A DNA stretch of 64,000 nucleotides from a bacterium (GCA_963662285.2 CAXXMV010000002.1:1152001-1216000); one strand, 5' to 3'. Positions 9,854 to 20,496 are shown, counted from the first letter of the stretch. Translations and numbers: made by a program. The notes: generated by a model not told the origin, from the letters alone.

Positions 9854-10390
9854 ATGGACAGCGACTATTCACGCGAACTGGCTCGTAAGCAACTAGTTGA
9901 TCTGATAACAGATATTTATGACGAACTCAATGAACATGAAGGCATTCTATCGGCGCCGGATAATGATAGCGGTCTTTTTAAGTATGTTGGAATGAGTCCA
10001 CAGGCTCAGTTTTATCTCTCGAAAATGAGTAAAAAACGTGATGTTCAGCGAACTGGACTAGGTTTTGTGATCCAACGGGCTGAGTTGTCTCATTGTTTCC
10101 GGTTATCTTTTGATGTTGAAATATCCCGTGAGGTTTGTGGAAAAGATGCTGCTGACGTCATATCAGATATGAACCGCTTCGCGCAAGCTCAATATGGTAT
10201 GCGCGCGCCGGAATTTATCACTTATGTCCAACCCGCACATAGCGGACAGCGCGGTTGGGCGGAGAAAACTTTTGTCGGCGTAGAGTTGGAGGTTGATCCC
10301 AGTGATATGGATCGCAGTAAAAAACTGAAGAAAAGCCTGCTCGATGCAGCCCGTAAACTTTTCCAGGCGCTTGATTTTTCGCTGACCTAA
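9854..10390 (+). CDS. Hypothetical protein
   Basis: ORF with GGAGA RBS before ATG 9854; terminator follows. Confidence 0.7.
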   Translation: MDSDYSRELARKQLVDLITDIYDELNEHEGILSAPDNDSGLFKYVGMSPQAQFYLSKMSKKRDVQRTGLGFVIQRAELSHCFRLSFDVEISREVCGKDAADVISDMNRFAQAQYGMRAPEFITYVQPAHSGQRGWAEKTFVGVELEVDPSDMDRSKKLKKSLLDAARKLFQALDFSLT

Positions 10391-10422
10391 TTGCAGAATT
10401 TTATAATATTAAAGATATTGTC

Positions 10423-10452
10423 AGCCCCTCTCCTGTCGGAAGAGGGGCTTTT
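10423..10452 (+). terminator. Rho-independent terminator
   Basis: AGCCCCTCT..AGAGGGGCT followed by a T-tract, between convergent genes. Confidence 0.75.
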
Positions 10453-10465
10453 GATTTTGTATAAG

Positions 10466-11437
10466 TCATATTAATTTTGCCAGATAACTCGCTTCCTGGC
10501 GTAAGATATCAGCGCGGTCATTTTCTGGGAATTTGCCCAGCGACTCGTCTTCAATGCATAAGTCGCCCTGGTAATTCACCTTCTTTAGTATGCTTACGAC
10601 CTTGGCGAAATCGATATCGCCCTGGTAGACCGGACAATTGTATTTGCCGTATTCCCAACCCATTTCACGTTGAACATTTTGTTTATCTTCTGGATAATTA
10701 ATGCTTTTGCAATGAGTGTGGAAAGCGCGCGGAGCAAACATTTCAAATATTTCATACAGTTTGGCAAGCGGATGACCATACCAATAGAAATTGGCGGTAT
10801 CCAGGGTTAAACCCAAATTATCTGAACCGACTTGTTTAAATAGTGCGTTGAGGAATTTGGGATCGTTGGTTGTATTGCCGTGATTTTCTATGGCGTAATG
10901 CACATCGCTGTTTTCAACTAACTGGCAGATGCTTTTGCACATTTTAACGGCGAAAGGCAGGAAATCTTCTCTTTTGATTTTGCGGGGCACAACATCAATT
11001 CTTATAGCCTTAACTCCCATTTCTTTAGCGGCCTTAGCTACGCCGGAACACCATTGCACTTCCATCTCCGGGCGTTCATCGAAACGGTTGGCCATCATGA
11101 AAGCGGCTACATGCATGCCATGTTGTTCGAGGTCGCTCTGTAATTCAGTGATTGACTTGGGTGAATCAATGGCGTATTTCTTTGCGCTGTGAAACAGATT
11201 AGGGCATTCAAGTTTCTCATTAATATCAACTTCGACGCCAGTGACGCCGATCTGCTTCATGGCCGCCCAGACATGCGGTGCTTTTACATTACTCAAATGT
11301 CCATCACGGCACGCAATAGCCCACTGATCGGCGTCTGATTTATTGGATGCATAGGCGTATCCAGCCATTGATGCGGTTAAGCCGATGCTGCCAGTTGTTT
11401 TGAAGAAACTGCGTCTAGAAATATCATGCGTATTCAT
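10466..11437 (-). CDS. Tat-exported sugar-phosphate isomerase/epimerase (xylose isomerase-like TIM barrel)
   Basis: SRRSFFK Tat motif; AIENHG, LDTANF, HTHCK, CIEDE. Confidence 0.85.
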   Translation of the reverse strand: MNTHDISRRSFFKTTGSIGLTASMAGYAYASNKSDADQWAIACRDGHLSNVKAPHVWAAMKQIGVTGVEVDINEKLECPNLFHSAKKYAIDSPKSITELQSDLEQHGMHVAAFMMANRFDERPEMEVQWCSGVAKAAKEMGVKAIRIDVVPRKIKREDFLPFAVKMCKSICQLVENSDVHYAIENHGNTTNDPKFLNALFKQVGSDNLGLTLDTANFYWYGHPLAKLYEIFEMFAPRAFHTHCKSINYPEDKQNVQREMGWEYGKYNCPVYQGDIDFAKVVSILKKVNYQGDLCIEDESLGKFPENDRADILRQEASYLAKLI

Positions 11438-11531
11438 TATCTGTTCCCTCCAACATTTAGAATAGTTTTATTATTCTATAATATTACTATTCAGATTAAA
11501 GCCTAGGCGTATCTGGATTTAGAGTGGTTTT

Positions 11532-11560
11532 GGTGGAACGCTATCACTTTTAGCCCACCA
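11532..11560. repeat. REP-like palindrome family A (degenerate)
   Basis: GGTGGAACGCTATCACTTTTAGCCCACCA. Confidence 0.55.
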
Positions 11561-11810
11561 TTCGGGGCTAGATACGTTTTGTCTCTTTACAATTGTTTTA
11601 AATAAAACGAAAGTTATAACCAAGATGGCGAATATATTTGTACTTTATGAGTATCGAATATCATCTTTTATCATATATATAGAAAATTGCCATATATGAA
11701 ATTTGCGTACTGATTTTTTGATAAGGTTTATTCTGTTGTTTCTTCTGAAGAATCACAAAAATATCATTGTGCATAAAACACAAAATACAGAAAATGGTTC
11801 ATAATTAAAA

Positions 11811-14606
11811 GTGAAATTTAATCCATGGGAAATACTAGTTTTTATTATATTGGGGCTGATAGGATTCATTAGTAACGATATTGCTGGAAATGGTATATCT
11901 ATAGGATTTCTGCGCCCCACGTTCTTTCATGCTTTTTGCCAATCTATAATCGCGGTTATTGTTATCCTGGCTGTATTCCGATTCGGAATTACGGTGTGGG
12001 AGTATTCTTCAGAGCGAGTTCGTTGGATTATTCGTGAGACATGCGTACCTCTGGTTTTGATAATATTGTGCTTAATCCGATTCAAGGCATTATTCGCCGG
12101 GGGCTTCCCATCAACTTTTGATCATACCACGCATATGCTGCGCTGTTATTTAACTGAATCGTCGTTATGGAGTCATGGAACATTATTGCCCTGGACTTCA
12201 AGTATTGGCGCAGGAATTCCATTGAATGATCTGTATCCGCCGGGCGGGGCAATATTATTCTGCCTTATTCGTCTTTTCTCCTTCTTCTTATTGTCACCTG
12301 ATTGCGCGTATATCGCTACGGTATTTGCGGCTTGGTTTATCCTGCTGGGATCGCTCTATATCTCAGGCCGCTTGCTCTTTGGCATAGAAGCCGGAACTCT
12401 GGCGGCGGGATTAATGGCTTTTGATGTGGGTGATATGGGTCTGATGGGATGGGGGCAGTGCTTCTCTATCGGAATGTGGCCCATGACATTGGCCAATGGG
12501 CTTATGATATTGGCAATGATTATGCATGGGCTTTATCTAAAAAGCGCTGTTAGCCCATTGAAGATGGCAGGCTTATCTTTACTGGTTATGGCGTCGATTA
12601 TTAGCCATATATTCACGCTTCCTGCATTAATTTTAACAACGATCATCATATCTGGCGTATATATTTTATCCGAAGAAGACCGCCAATTAGCCCTGCGTAG
12701 AATTGCCCGGAATATTATTTTTATCGGTCTGGGCTTAGCGCTGTCCGGTTGGTGGTTATTGCCTATTATGGCCAATCAAATCTGGATGCTTCCTTTTGGA
12801 ACTCCTTTGAGCCCTCTATCATGGTTGGCCTCTAGAATAATTAATGCCCGGTTATTTGAAAATTCGCCGCCGATAATTATGGCGCTTAGTTTTTTTGGAA
12901 TTTTCTGGGGCTTTCTATCCCGTAAAATGTTGCCCAGATCTTTTTCAATCATAGCATGTCTCTTTTTATTAATTAATAACGCATTTTGGATGCAGTGTTT
13001 TCATTCAGAGTGGTTCTCGTCGCTCATTATTAAGATGCCTTTACACCGTTATGCAGGCCTGGCGAAATTGATGGGCTATTTACTGGCCGGGGGAATGTGC
13101 TGTGAATTATTAAAAAAGCTACAACCACAATTATCTAAGTTTTGGAGAAGAATCTTTTCCGGTTTTTACTCATCTGAATCAATTAGTTCATTTCAATTAG
13201 TTACTGCAACAATTTGGAAATGTCTGCTGTTTGCATGTTTCATTTGTTTTATGGCGCCAGCCATAGTGGGCGTCACTAATCTTTTAGATGAAAAATATTC
13301 ATTCAGGGATAGTTTCCCGATTGCTTCTAGTGAATCATATCCGCCTTACGCCAACAATTTTGGTCGGATGATGCGCTATCTCAATGCCGTCGATGCGCCT
13401 TCATTGGATGAGAACCAATTCCTAAAACCTATTTCCGGTCCAAGGATTGATGTTCAAACCAATATTATGGAGAGTTCTATACCTTATAAATATGGATATG
13501 GAATTATTGCACCCCGCTATATGCCAACCATGCTGCTTACCACTCGAAGTACTAGAAATGATGTTCTGAACTCCGCATTATCAGGCGCAAAATATATTGC
13601 AGCCCTTGGCGAGGGCGTGGCACGCAATATAACCAAAAAGCCGAATACTAAAATCATCCATTCTTTTGGAGATATCTATCTATTTAAAAGCACTGATTAC
13701 CAGGAAACGCCTGTTCAGTTTGTGAACGGCGTCAAAGGCATGGCGGAAATCATCTCCAATGAGCCAAACTATTTGGCCATTCGCTTAAGCGGCATGAACG
13801 AGGCTGGTCGGGTGAGAATTGGCGTATCCCGCTTCCGCAAGTGGCGGGCTTTTCTTGATGGTCAGGAGACGCCAATCGAAGAATATATAGGGTATGATGA
13901 ATCTTTTGATGCGGGGAAATATATCACAGTCAAAGCCCTCAACGGTCTCTTGGAATTGCGCTATCAATCCCAACTGATAGATATCATTGGTTTATGGGCC
14001 TCATTTGCGGCATTATTTATAATCGTGGTTGGATTGGTCTGGAATCGGTTATTCCGCTTTTTATCGTTTGAATCATCATTTTTGAATCCCGTTTTAAACC
14101 GAGTATTCTCCAAAAAATCGGGCGTTATCTATCAATCATTTCTTGGCGCCGGAATAACTATTGCCTTTTTTGTAATCTGGTTATGGCAGCCGGTTGCGGC
14201 AACGAATTTCTGGTTTGCCGGTATTACATCTGATTGCACGGGAATAGTAAATCAACAACCAGATGGGTTGCTTGATATGGAGTTCGGATTATATATAGGC
14301 GAGGACTTGCGTGGTAAAACCATTCAATTTATGTCAATACAAGAACATTTACCTGTGCATATCAAGCCTTCAAAAAACAAGTGGACAACCCAAAACAGTA
14401 TGAACTCATGGAGAATAGTAGTACAGAGTTTGGTAGGCGACATGAATGCAAAATTATCCCCCCCGCATCATCTTCGTATATTTGTATGGAATCCTCACCG
14501 TGGTGAATATATTCCAAGCGGGACAGAAATGGAATTAACCATTAAATTCACTGATGGAAGCAATAAAATCTACAGATGTCCTTTAGAAGCGCAAGGAAAT
14601 CATTGA
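11811..14606 (+). CDS. Multi-TM GT-C-type membrane protein (PTPS-related/YfhO-like)
   Basis: FDHTTH..W..GAGIPLNDLYPP motif, many TM helices, YfhO-like KWRAFLDG tail region. Confidence 0.65.
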   Translation: MKFNPWEILVFIILGLIGFISNDIAGNGISIGFLRPTFFHAFCQSIIAVIVILAVFRFGITVWEYSSERVRWIIRETCVPLVLIILCLIRFKALFAGGFPSTFDHTTHMLRCYLTESSLWSHGTLLPWTSSIGAGIPLNDLYPPGGAILFCLIRLFSFFLLSPDCAYIATVFAAWFILLGSLYISGRLLFGIEAGTLAAGLMAFDVGDMGLMGWGQCFSIGMWPMTLANGLMILAMIMHGLYLKSAVSPLKMAGLSLLVMASIISHIFTLPALILTTIIISGVYILSEEDRQLALRRIARNIIFIGLGLALSGWWLLPIMANQIWMLPFGTPLSPLSWLASRIINARLFENSPPIIMALSFFGIFWGFLSRKMLPRSFSIIACLFLLINNAFWMQCFHSEWFSSLIIKMPLHRYAGLAKLMGYLLAGGMCCELLKKLQPQLSKFWRRIFSGFYSSESISSFQLVTATIWKCLLFACFICFMAPAIVGVTNLLDEKYSFRDSFPIASSESYPPYANNFGRMMRYLNAVDAPSLDENQFLKPISGPRIDVQTNIMESSIPYKYGYGIIAPRYMPTMLLTTRSTRNDVLNSALSGAKYIAALGEGVARNITKKPNTKIIHSFGDIYLFKSTDYQETPVQFVNGVKGMAEIISNEPNYLAIRLSGMNEAGRVRIGVSRFRKWRAFLDGQETPIEEYIGYDESFDAGKYITVKALNGLLELRYQSQLIDIIGLWASFAALFIIVVGLVWNRLFRFLSFESSFLNPVLNRVFSKKSGVIYQSFLGAGITIAFFVIWLWQPVAATNFWFAGITSDCTGIVNQQPDGLLDMEFGLYIGEDLRGKTIQFMSIQEHLPVHIKPSKNKWTTQNSMNSWRIVVQSLVGDMNAKLSPPHHLRIFVWNPHRGEYIPSGTEMELTIKFTDGSNKIYRCPLEAQGNH

Positions 14607-14701
14607 GTGTGTATTATCGATGTCAGTTCGTAGCCAGCGCCAGGATTTTTCTAGAACCTGCAAAAGGGATTTCGAGAACGACTTTAATGGAGGATTTTAT
14701 A

Positions 14702-15985
14702 ATGATAAGACGCATGTTTTATTCTATTATATGGCTTAATTGTTTATTGATGCTGTTGGTTTTATCTTGCCCGGCATATTCTGAGGGCGGAGTTTTTGTG
14801 CGCCAGTTTTGGTATGAACCGGGTATCGAAAACGGGAATCCAAAGTATAACGGTAATTTCCGGGTAAATTCCCCAGAAACCGTGTTGTCTGAGTATAAAG
14901 AACGGCGCGAGGTGCGCGGCAATGGCATGATGTTGATCAAGATGGAAGAGTATCCCCACCTGCTTCAAGATGCGCATCTTTATCTCGAACTGTGGGGCGG
15001 CCATCCGGGAACCATGAACAAGCGCGTCTCTATAAATGGACGCAGTACTTATGCTATTCCAAAAGTTGGATCTGAAGCGGAAAACTGCACTTATCAATAC
15101 CCGCTGATTCCATTGAAAATCACGGATTTAGTGAATGGTTATAATGCATTCCAGTTCGCCTGTGACCAGGGAACCACGTTCTGGGGGCATTATATCGTCA
15201 ATAATGCCTGCCTGCGTGCAACATTGCAGCCCGATCATCCAAGTTTATCCAAAATTGGGCTAAGTGAATTTGAGGCTGAGGTGCACTCTGATTCAAATCA
15301 GGATTCTAAAGAAACCTTATCTTTCCATGTAAATATACCTGACAAATTTAAATCTGAAATATCAAGCGTCCTTTTCCAGGGGTATTACCGGGGCTATGAC
15401 GAAAACGGCAACCAAGAGGGATTGGATTGGCATGGCTTCACTAAAGACCGCGAATCCCAGGCATATTTAGGCGTTGATGATGCGGCGCCTTTCCAGGTTC
15501 AATGGGATGTATCAATGCTGCCATCGCAGAAGGATATGGCGGTTCGCGCTGTGATTCATTTTAAGAAGGATGAAGATTTAGTCTTTATCACAAAACCATT
15601 GCAGAATCTTGATATGCCTAAGCGGGATGCCAAGGTGATGATTCATGAAGCGGAAGATTTGCCCCGCCCCTTCTGGTCCCGCGCCGATAAAGAGAAGAAA
15701 TGCGTCATTCGACTAGATGAGAATCCTCAGGAAATCGAGCAGGCTCAGCTGCATGTGGTTATCTGGGACGGTGGAAAGGGTGAGACCAAGCATCCATTCA
15801 CGCTGAACGGACATCCACTAAGCGTTGCAGGACGGGGAGCGCACGATCTTCTTTACCGTATTGTTGATGTTGATCCCGCGATTTTGAAAAAGGGTGACAA
15901 TGAGATTGTGGTGTTGTCTGATACGGAGCATCATGGGATTGAGGTTCTGTTGCCCGGACCGACTTTGATTGTGCGTTTTAGATAG
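14702..15985 (+). CDS. Secreted hypothetical protein (beta-sandwich domains)
   Basis: GGAGG RBS and signal peptide; duplicated motif HLYLELWGG..SING / QLHVVIWDGG..TLNG. Confidence 0.7.
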   Translation: MIRRMFYSIIWLNCLLMLLVLSCPAYSEGGVFVRQFWYEPGIENGNPKYNGNFRVNSPETVLSEYKERREVRGNGMMLIKMEEYPHLLQDAHLYLELWGGHPGTMNKRVSINGRSTYAIPKVGSEAENCTYQYPLIPLKITDLVNGYNAFQFACDQGTTFWGHYIVNNACLRATLQPDHPSLSKIGLSEFEAEVHSDSNQDSKETLSFHVNIPDKFKSEISSVLFQGYYRGYDENGNQEGLDWHGFTKDRESQAYLGVDDAAPFQVQWDVSMLPSQKDMAVRAVIHFKKDEDLVFITKPLQNLDMPKRDAKVMIHEAEDLPRPFWSRADKEKKCVIRLDENPQEIEQAQLHVVIWDGGKGETKHPFTLNGHPLSVAGRGAHDLLYRIVDVDPAILKKGDNEIVVLSDTEHHGIEVLLPGPTLIVRFR

Positions 15986-16079
15986 TGTGTAGTTGGTAGT
16001 GGAGAGTTTTCGTTGGTGGTTTGATCAAAGGGCTGAGCGCAATGCCGATTTTTTTATTACAACTGATGATATAATAATT

Positions 16080-17585
16080 CACTAGTGTCCGGTTGTTACT
16101 CTTTGAATTTAAAGGGTTTATGAAGTGCAGTATAGAGAAAAGCGTAAACTGCACTTTAAAAAGTCCCCAAAATAAGGCTTTTTTGCATTTTCTCTTTATT
16201 AGAACTTACATAAAAAGTGTAGAAACTGACATTTTTCAATCTCACAACTTTTATCATTGAATTGCTCATTCCCATTCGTTTTCCAGACCCTCGAATAATG
16301 GAAACCGATCATTCTCCACAAATACTAGATTCATCATTTCCGGTTCAGCAAATAATTGATGAATCGGTCTCTTCTCGAAAAGTGTTACGCTTAACACTTG
16401 AAGAATCGTATACAAACTTTGTTCCAGGTTCAACTGCTTCCTGAGAATCGCCACCAATGCATAGACTGATATAGCGGTCCAGATTTGTGTTTTAACAGCG
16501 TTTTCCGATGTTCCATAAAACGTCTTGATACGCAAATGTTGCTTGATCCATTTAAAGAACAATTCTACCTGCCAACGACACCGAAAAAGATCGGCAACCG
16601 TTAATGCCGGGACGGCGAAATTGTTGGTTAAATAATCAAACCGTCTTTCTGTTTTCCTGTCATAATACCCCACGCGACGAAGATGACCAGGATAATCCTT
16701 AACCGAATCAGCATTGACCAGTTTAATCGTTTGATCGCACCTCAAACCCGTACTTTTATCGACCGGACGAGAATAGACGCGTTCAAATTTTGTATTCTTT
16801 TTCAAGCGCGTAACAAAAAAGGCACGCTCCTGATCTAACGTATACAAACGCCTAAAATCGAAATATCCCCGATCCATCAAATAAATCGAACCCGGTTCGG
16901 GAATCAGAATATCCAGGACATTCACATCATGAACCTTACCATTTGTAATATGAATGAAGACTGGAATATTCCCCCGCAGATCAATCAGAGTATGTAATTT
17001 GACGGCTCCTTTCTTTTTACGAAATCTCGCCCAGGGGAATAGCGATAAACACAGATCAATGGTTGAGGCATCTAGAGCATATACCGTTTCATCGAGTTGG
17101 ACGCCAAACTCTTCATTAACGTATAATTCTCTCGCACTATGAATCAGAACCTGAGCAAATTCCGCATAGATACGCCAATCTCTTTTCTCGTTGGCTTCGG
17201 CTAATGTGCTGCGGGATACTTTTCCCCGTATACCCATATGATAGAGCCGCTCTTGCATGGAACGCAAACAGATTTCAATATCTCGTAGACTTTCCCGATA
17301 GGTTAATTGTGCAAAAGCCATACAGAGATATTGATCTCGGCATAAAAACTTTTTGACTCGATAATTCCCGTTATATCGCTCTACGCATTTTCGAAAATCA
17401 TAAGGAGAATATAACTCCATCAATTGAGAAAAGACTGTTTTTTCGATACTCATGAACCATCCCCTAAAAAAAGTATGGTTTTAGAGTAAAGTCAATCTCA
17501 TATCGATAAAAGTTTTTACCTCATCTAACTCTTGTATTTTAAAACGGTTATTGAACTTTCTGCTCTCGTATCCCGGACACTAGTG
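16080..17585 (-). mobile_element. Complete IS4-family insertion sequence (1506 bp)
   Basis: 13-bp terminal IRs CACTAGTGTCCGG; 9-bp TSD ATAATAATT at 16071-16079 and 17586-17594. Confidence 0.93.
16266..17453 (-). CDS. IS4-family DDE transposase (DUF4372 + DDE_Tnp_1)
   Basis: ALDASTIDL, MDRGY, RWQVELFFKWIKQHLRIK. Confidence 0.95.
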   Translation of the reverse strand: MSIEKTVFSQLMELYSPYDFRKCVERYNGNYRVKKFLCRDQYLCMAFAQLTYRESLRDIEICLRSMQERLYHMGIRGKVSRSTLAEANEKRDWRIYAEFAQVLIHSARELYVNEEFGVQLDETVYALDASTIDLCLSLFPWARFRKKKGAVKLHTLIDLRGNIPVFIHITNGKVHDVNVLDILIPEPGSIYLMDRGYFDFRRLYTLDQERAFFVTRLKKNTKFERVYSRPVDKSTGLRCDQTIKLVNADSVKDYPGHLRRVGYYDRKTERRFDYLTNNFAVPALTVADLFRCRWQVELFFKWIKQHLRIKTFYGTSENAVKTQIWTAISVYALVAILRKQLNLEQSLYTILQVLSVTLFEKRPIHQLFAEPEMMNLVFVENDRFPLFEGLENEWE

Positions 17586-17682
17586 ATAATAATTAAGAAA
17601 TTAAATCATATTCATGAATTTAGGATTGTTACTCCAATAGATATTATAGATTTGTTGGAGGAGAACAAATAAGAAGGTTATT

Positions 17683-17904
17683 ATGAAAACCACGTTAACC
17701 GATACTGAAATAAAAGTTAAAGGAGTAGAAACATTAATAACAGCCATGGGAGAATTAGATGCTGAGCGGTTTATAACCCTTATTTTACGTGAACCATTTG
17801 ATTATACAAAATGGCAACGTAATCTTTGGAACGATAAAAGCATCGAAGAAATCAGCCAAATGGCAACCAAAAACCGCCTGACAAATCACTCTGACAAATC
17901 CTAA
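17683..17904 (+). CDS. Putative antitoxin of a PIN-type TA pair
   Basis: 73 aa, G..DAERFI....REPFDYTKWQ; directly downstream of the PIN remnant. Confidence 0.7.
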   Translation: MKTTLTDTEIKVKGVETLITAMGELDAERFITLILREPFDYTKWQRNLWNDKSIEEISQMATKNRLTNHSDKS

Positions 17905-17960
17905 AAACCTTACTTATAGATCGTTGGTGGGAATACTGTAAATAAAAGATGTGGACTCAA

Positions 17961-17993
17961 TCAAGGGCAGAAAATACACTGCCCTTGGCACCC
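17961..17993. repeat. REP-like palindrome family B
   Basis: TCAAGGGCAG-AAAATACA-CTGCCCTTGGCACCC. Confidence 0.75.
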
Positions 17994-18023
17994 TTATTGT
18001 TTTGGATTAGGTAATAATTAATT

Positions 18024-18059
18024 CCCCCTTACCCTTTCCCTCTCCCGGCGGGAGAGGGA
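18024..18059. repeat. REP-like palindrome family C
   Basis: CCCCCTTACCCTTTCCCTCTCCCGGCGGGAGAGGGA; relatives at ~3495, 35703, 55989 and 58735/59229. Confidence 0.7.
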
Positions 18060-18084
18060 TGTATGACCTGAGGTTTGTTTTATC

Positions 18085-19422
18085 TTATTGCAATTGGATG
18101 CAGGCGTAGCGTAGGGAATTTGGTTTCGGGTCGTTGCCGAACATGTCCAGGTAATTGGATTTATCTGATCCGCCGCGCTCGGTTGCGGTGAAGAAGGTTG
18201 AGAACGCATTTTTTAAGGGGATAGCGACTTTCTCGCCTTGCTGCGGATGAATTTGTTGAATCCAGTTGGCGCCGCTTTCTGATGCTACTACATAGAGATT
18301 CCCGTTGGGGGTGGCGTGGAAGCGGGCGTATGATGGCGTTGGGGATTCTAAGCCCTCGCCGCCTTTGGACAGGGTGAAGCGGCGTTGGATTTTACCCTTA
18401 CGCAATTCAACGCATTCTAAAGATGTGGTCAATTTCATGTCTGGAAAGAATTTGTCGCGCATCATGGCGTTTTGCACGGTTCGTTTGGTATAAAGCAGGT
18501 AGACCGACTGGTCTTCTCCAAGCCAGAGATCAAGGTTTTGAATATGACCGGCAGTGGAGTCGACATTGTCTATTTCGATTGATTCACAGAATTCCTGCTG
18601 AGTAATATCCGGCGTCCAGGTATAAAACAGGCGGCGGAAAACATAATCCCAGGCGCGTCCGGTTTGCTCTTTTTTATAATTCCACCATTCCTGCACTGGT
18701 TCTACGATGTCGCCTACCGCCATTATATGGGCTGTTTTGTTGTTGATGGCTGATTGGGCGTAGCATCCCCGGACCGGGAAATGAATCCAGCCCTGTGCGT
18801 CCCATTCTCCTTCACTGTTGCGGTACATGAAGTATTGGTCTGGTTTGCCGGATATGGCGCTGAATAATAGGATTTCGCCAGTGTCTTTATTGGCCGCTAA
18901 GCCGCGGTATGAGTGTTCGGTGAACTCAAAGTCTTCGGGCCAGGGTGGGCGAATTGCGTCGGGGGGAGATTTGATTTTATTCAATTGGACGCTGAGCAGA
19001 ATATCTTCGCAGAACGAGGCTTTCTCGTCGGCCCGGTCGCTTCTGCGGCGGATTTCCGGATGAGATGAGATTATCAGTTGATCTTTGGAAATAGCGGCTA
19101 TGGGGCATGGTTCGCGTTGTTGATATTTGTTCTCTACCAGAACTTTGGCCCATCCTTGATCGGATCGTTCAAATAATTGCCAGCGGGTGTTGCAGTAGGG
19201 ACGGATATTTTCTCCTGTTTCCATGACGCTGATGAAAATATGTTCACCTGTGCGGACAACTAATGGGGCGCCGTAACACCAGAGCGGACCGGCGCCGTTG
19301 TCGGGTGAAAGGTATTGGGCGACCATTTCATCGCATAATACGACAGGCTCCACAGATTGAGCGATAGCAGGAGTAAGAACAATTAAACAAGCGAAAAAAC
19401 TGATGATTTTAAAATAATTCAT
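18085..19422 (-). CDS. Secreted hypothetical protein (probable beta-propeller)
   Basis: Signal peptide; 445-aa ORF. Confidence 0.75.
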   Translation of the reverse strand: MNYFKIISFFACLIVLTPAIAQSVEPVVLCDEMVAQYLSPDNGAGPLWCYGAPLVVRTGEHIFISVMETGENIRPYCNTRWQLFERSDQGWAKVLVENKYQQREPCPIAAISKDQLIISSHPEIRRRSDRADEKASFCEDILLSVQLNKIKSPPDAIRPPWPEDFEFTEHSYRGLAANKDTGEILLFSAISGKPDQYFMYRNSEGEWDAQGWIHFPVRGCYAQSAINNKTAHIMAVGDIVEPVQEWWNYKKEQTGRAWDYVFRRLFYTWTPDITQQEFCESIEIDNVDSTAGHIQNLDLWLGEDQSVYLLYTKRTVQNAMMRDKFFPDMKLTTSLECVELRKGKIQRRFTLSKGGEGLESPTPSYARFHATPNGNLYVVASESGANWIQQIHPQQGEKVAIPLKNAFSTFFTATERGGSDKSNYLDMFGNDPKPNSLRYACIQLQ

Positions 19423-19460
19423 GGTCTATCCTTTTCTTAATCCAGTCGGGATAGACCATG
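19420..19460 (-). promoter_or_regulatory. Hairpin sequestering RBS and start codon
   Basis: Perfect 12-bp stem CATGGTCTATCC/GGATAGACCATG covering part of the SD and the ATG. Confidence 0.5.
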
Positions 19461-19497
19461 CAAACATATTTCGTGATAAAAGTGAATGGATATTATG

Positions 19498-20496
19498 CTA
19501 ATTCATGCTATCTTTCATTTTGAAAAGCACCTTGCCGTCGCGTCCGCCTTGTGAAGCGTGTTCAATGGCGTCCTGGGCTTCGTTTAATCTGTAGGTCGCC
19601 GCAATGGGCATTTTGAGGTTTCCTGATAACGCCATAGATGTGATAGCGTCGAACATTTCCTTGTTTTGTTCATAGGTTGCAGTTTGACTCCATGCTTTAA
19701 GCCAGAATCCTGCAAAGTTGATATTCTTGAAGATGAGCATACCGTTAGGAATTTTCAGTGGCCTTAATCCCATAGCGCCTACGGTGACGATGGTGCTGTT
19801 GGGCGAGATAGCCTTGGCCATTTCGATGACGCTTAATCCACCGACGGCGTTGATGCCCAGGTGCATTTCTGCGTTGTCGGTTTTTTCGATGATGTCATCG
19901 GCTCTGACTAATTCCTTGGCGATAACAACAGTTGCGCCAAGGTCTTGCAGTGGTTGGATCAGTTCCTCGCGCCGAACCAGATTGCAGGTTTTCAGTCCAA
20001 GATTTTTGGCGATCTGAATGACGCAACGTCCCAGGGCTGAGTTGGCGGCGTTTTGCATGATCCAATCGCCCGGCTTCAGTTTGACGAAATCATGCAGCAG
20101 ACGCCATGCGGTGGTTGGATTAACGGAAAGCAAAGCCGCCGTTTCGGTCGGGATGTCTTGAGACACGGGGATGACATCCCGGCTGTTCTGAATCTGCGCT
20201 TCACACCAGGATGCTGAGTTGTGACCGGGGATCACTCGTTGTCCGACTTTGATGCCTTCTACTTCTGATCCGATTTGTATGATTCTGCCAATGCCCTAGT
20301 TTCCCGGAATCAGGGGGAAACTGACGGGTATGGGGTATTTGCCTTCGATTAAATTAATATCCGCAGGATTGATTGGTGAAGCCTCCATCTCAATCAATAC
20401 GTCTTGTGGACGTAAATTGGGGATATTCAGCCCTTCAAGATGAAGTACATCTTGGGGCGCGCCATGTTGATGAATACAAAGTCCATTGAAATCCAT
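19498..20496 (-). pseudogene. MDR-family 2-enoyl thioester reductase (MECR/Etr1-like) with in-frame TAG
   Basis: ASPINPADIN..PGN*GIG; the TAG at 20296-20298 replaces the conserved Glu. The frame continues to VNPTTAW and QNAANS. Confidence 0.85.

Larger units (their letters stand above)
16044..17672 (+). pseudogene. PIN-domain toxin C-terminal remnant interrupted by IS4
   Basis: Removing the IS and one TSD gives ADFFITTDDIIIKKLNHIHEFRIVTPIDIIDLLEENK*, immediately before the antitoxin-like gene. Confidence 0.7.

Noticed and set aside
20296-20298. TAG recoding or pyrrolysine
   Set aside because: Several genes here end normally at TAG, the position is a conserved Glu, and no pyl genes are seen.
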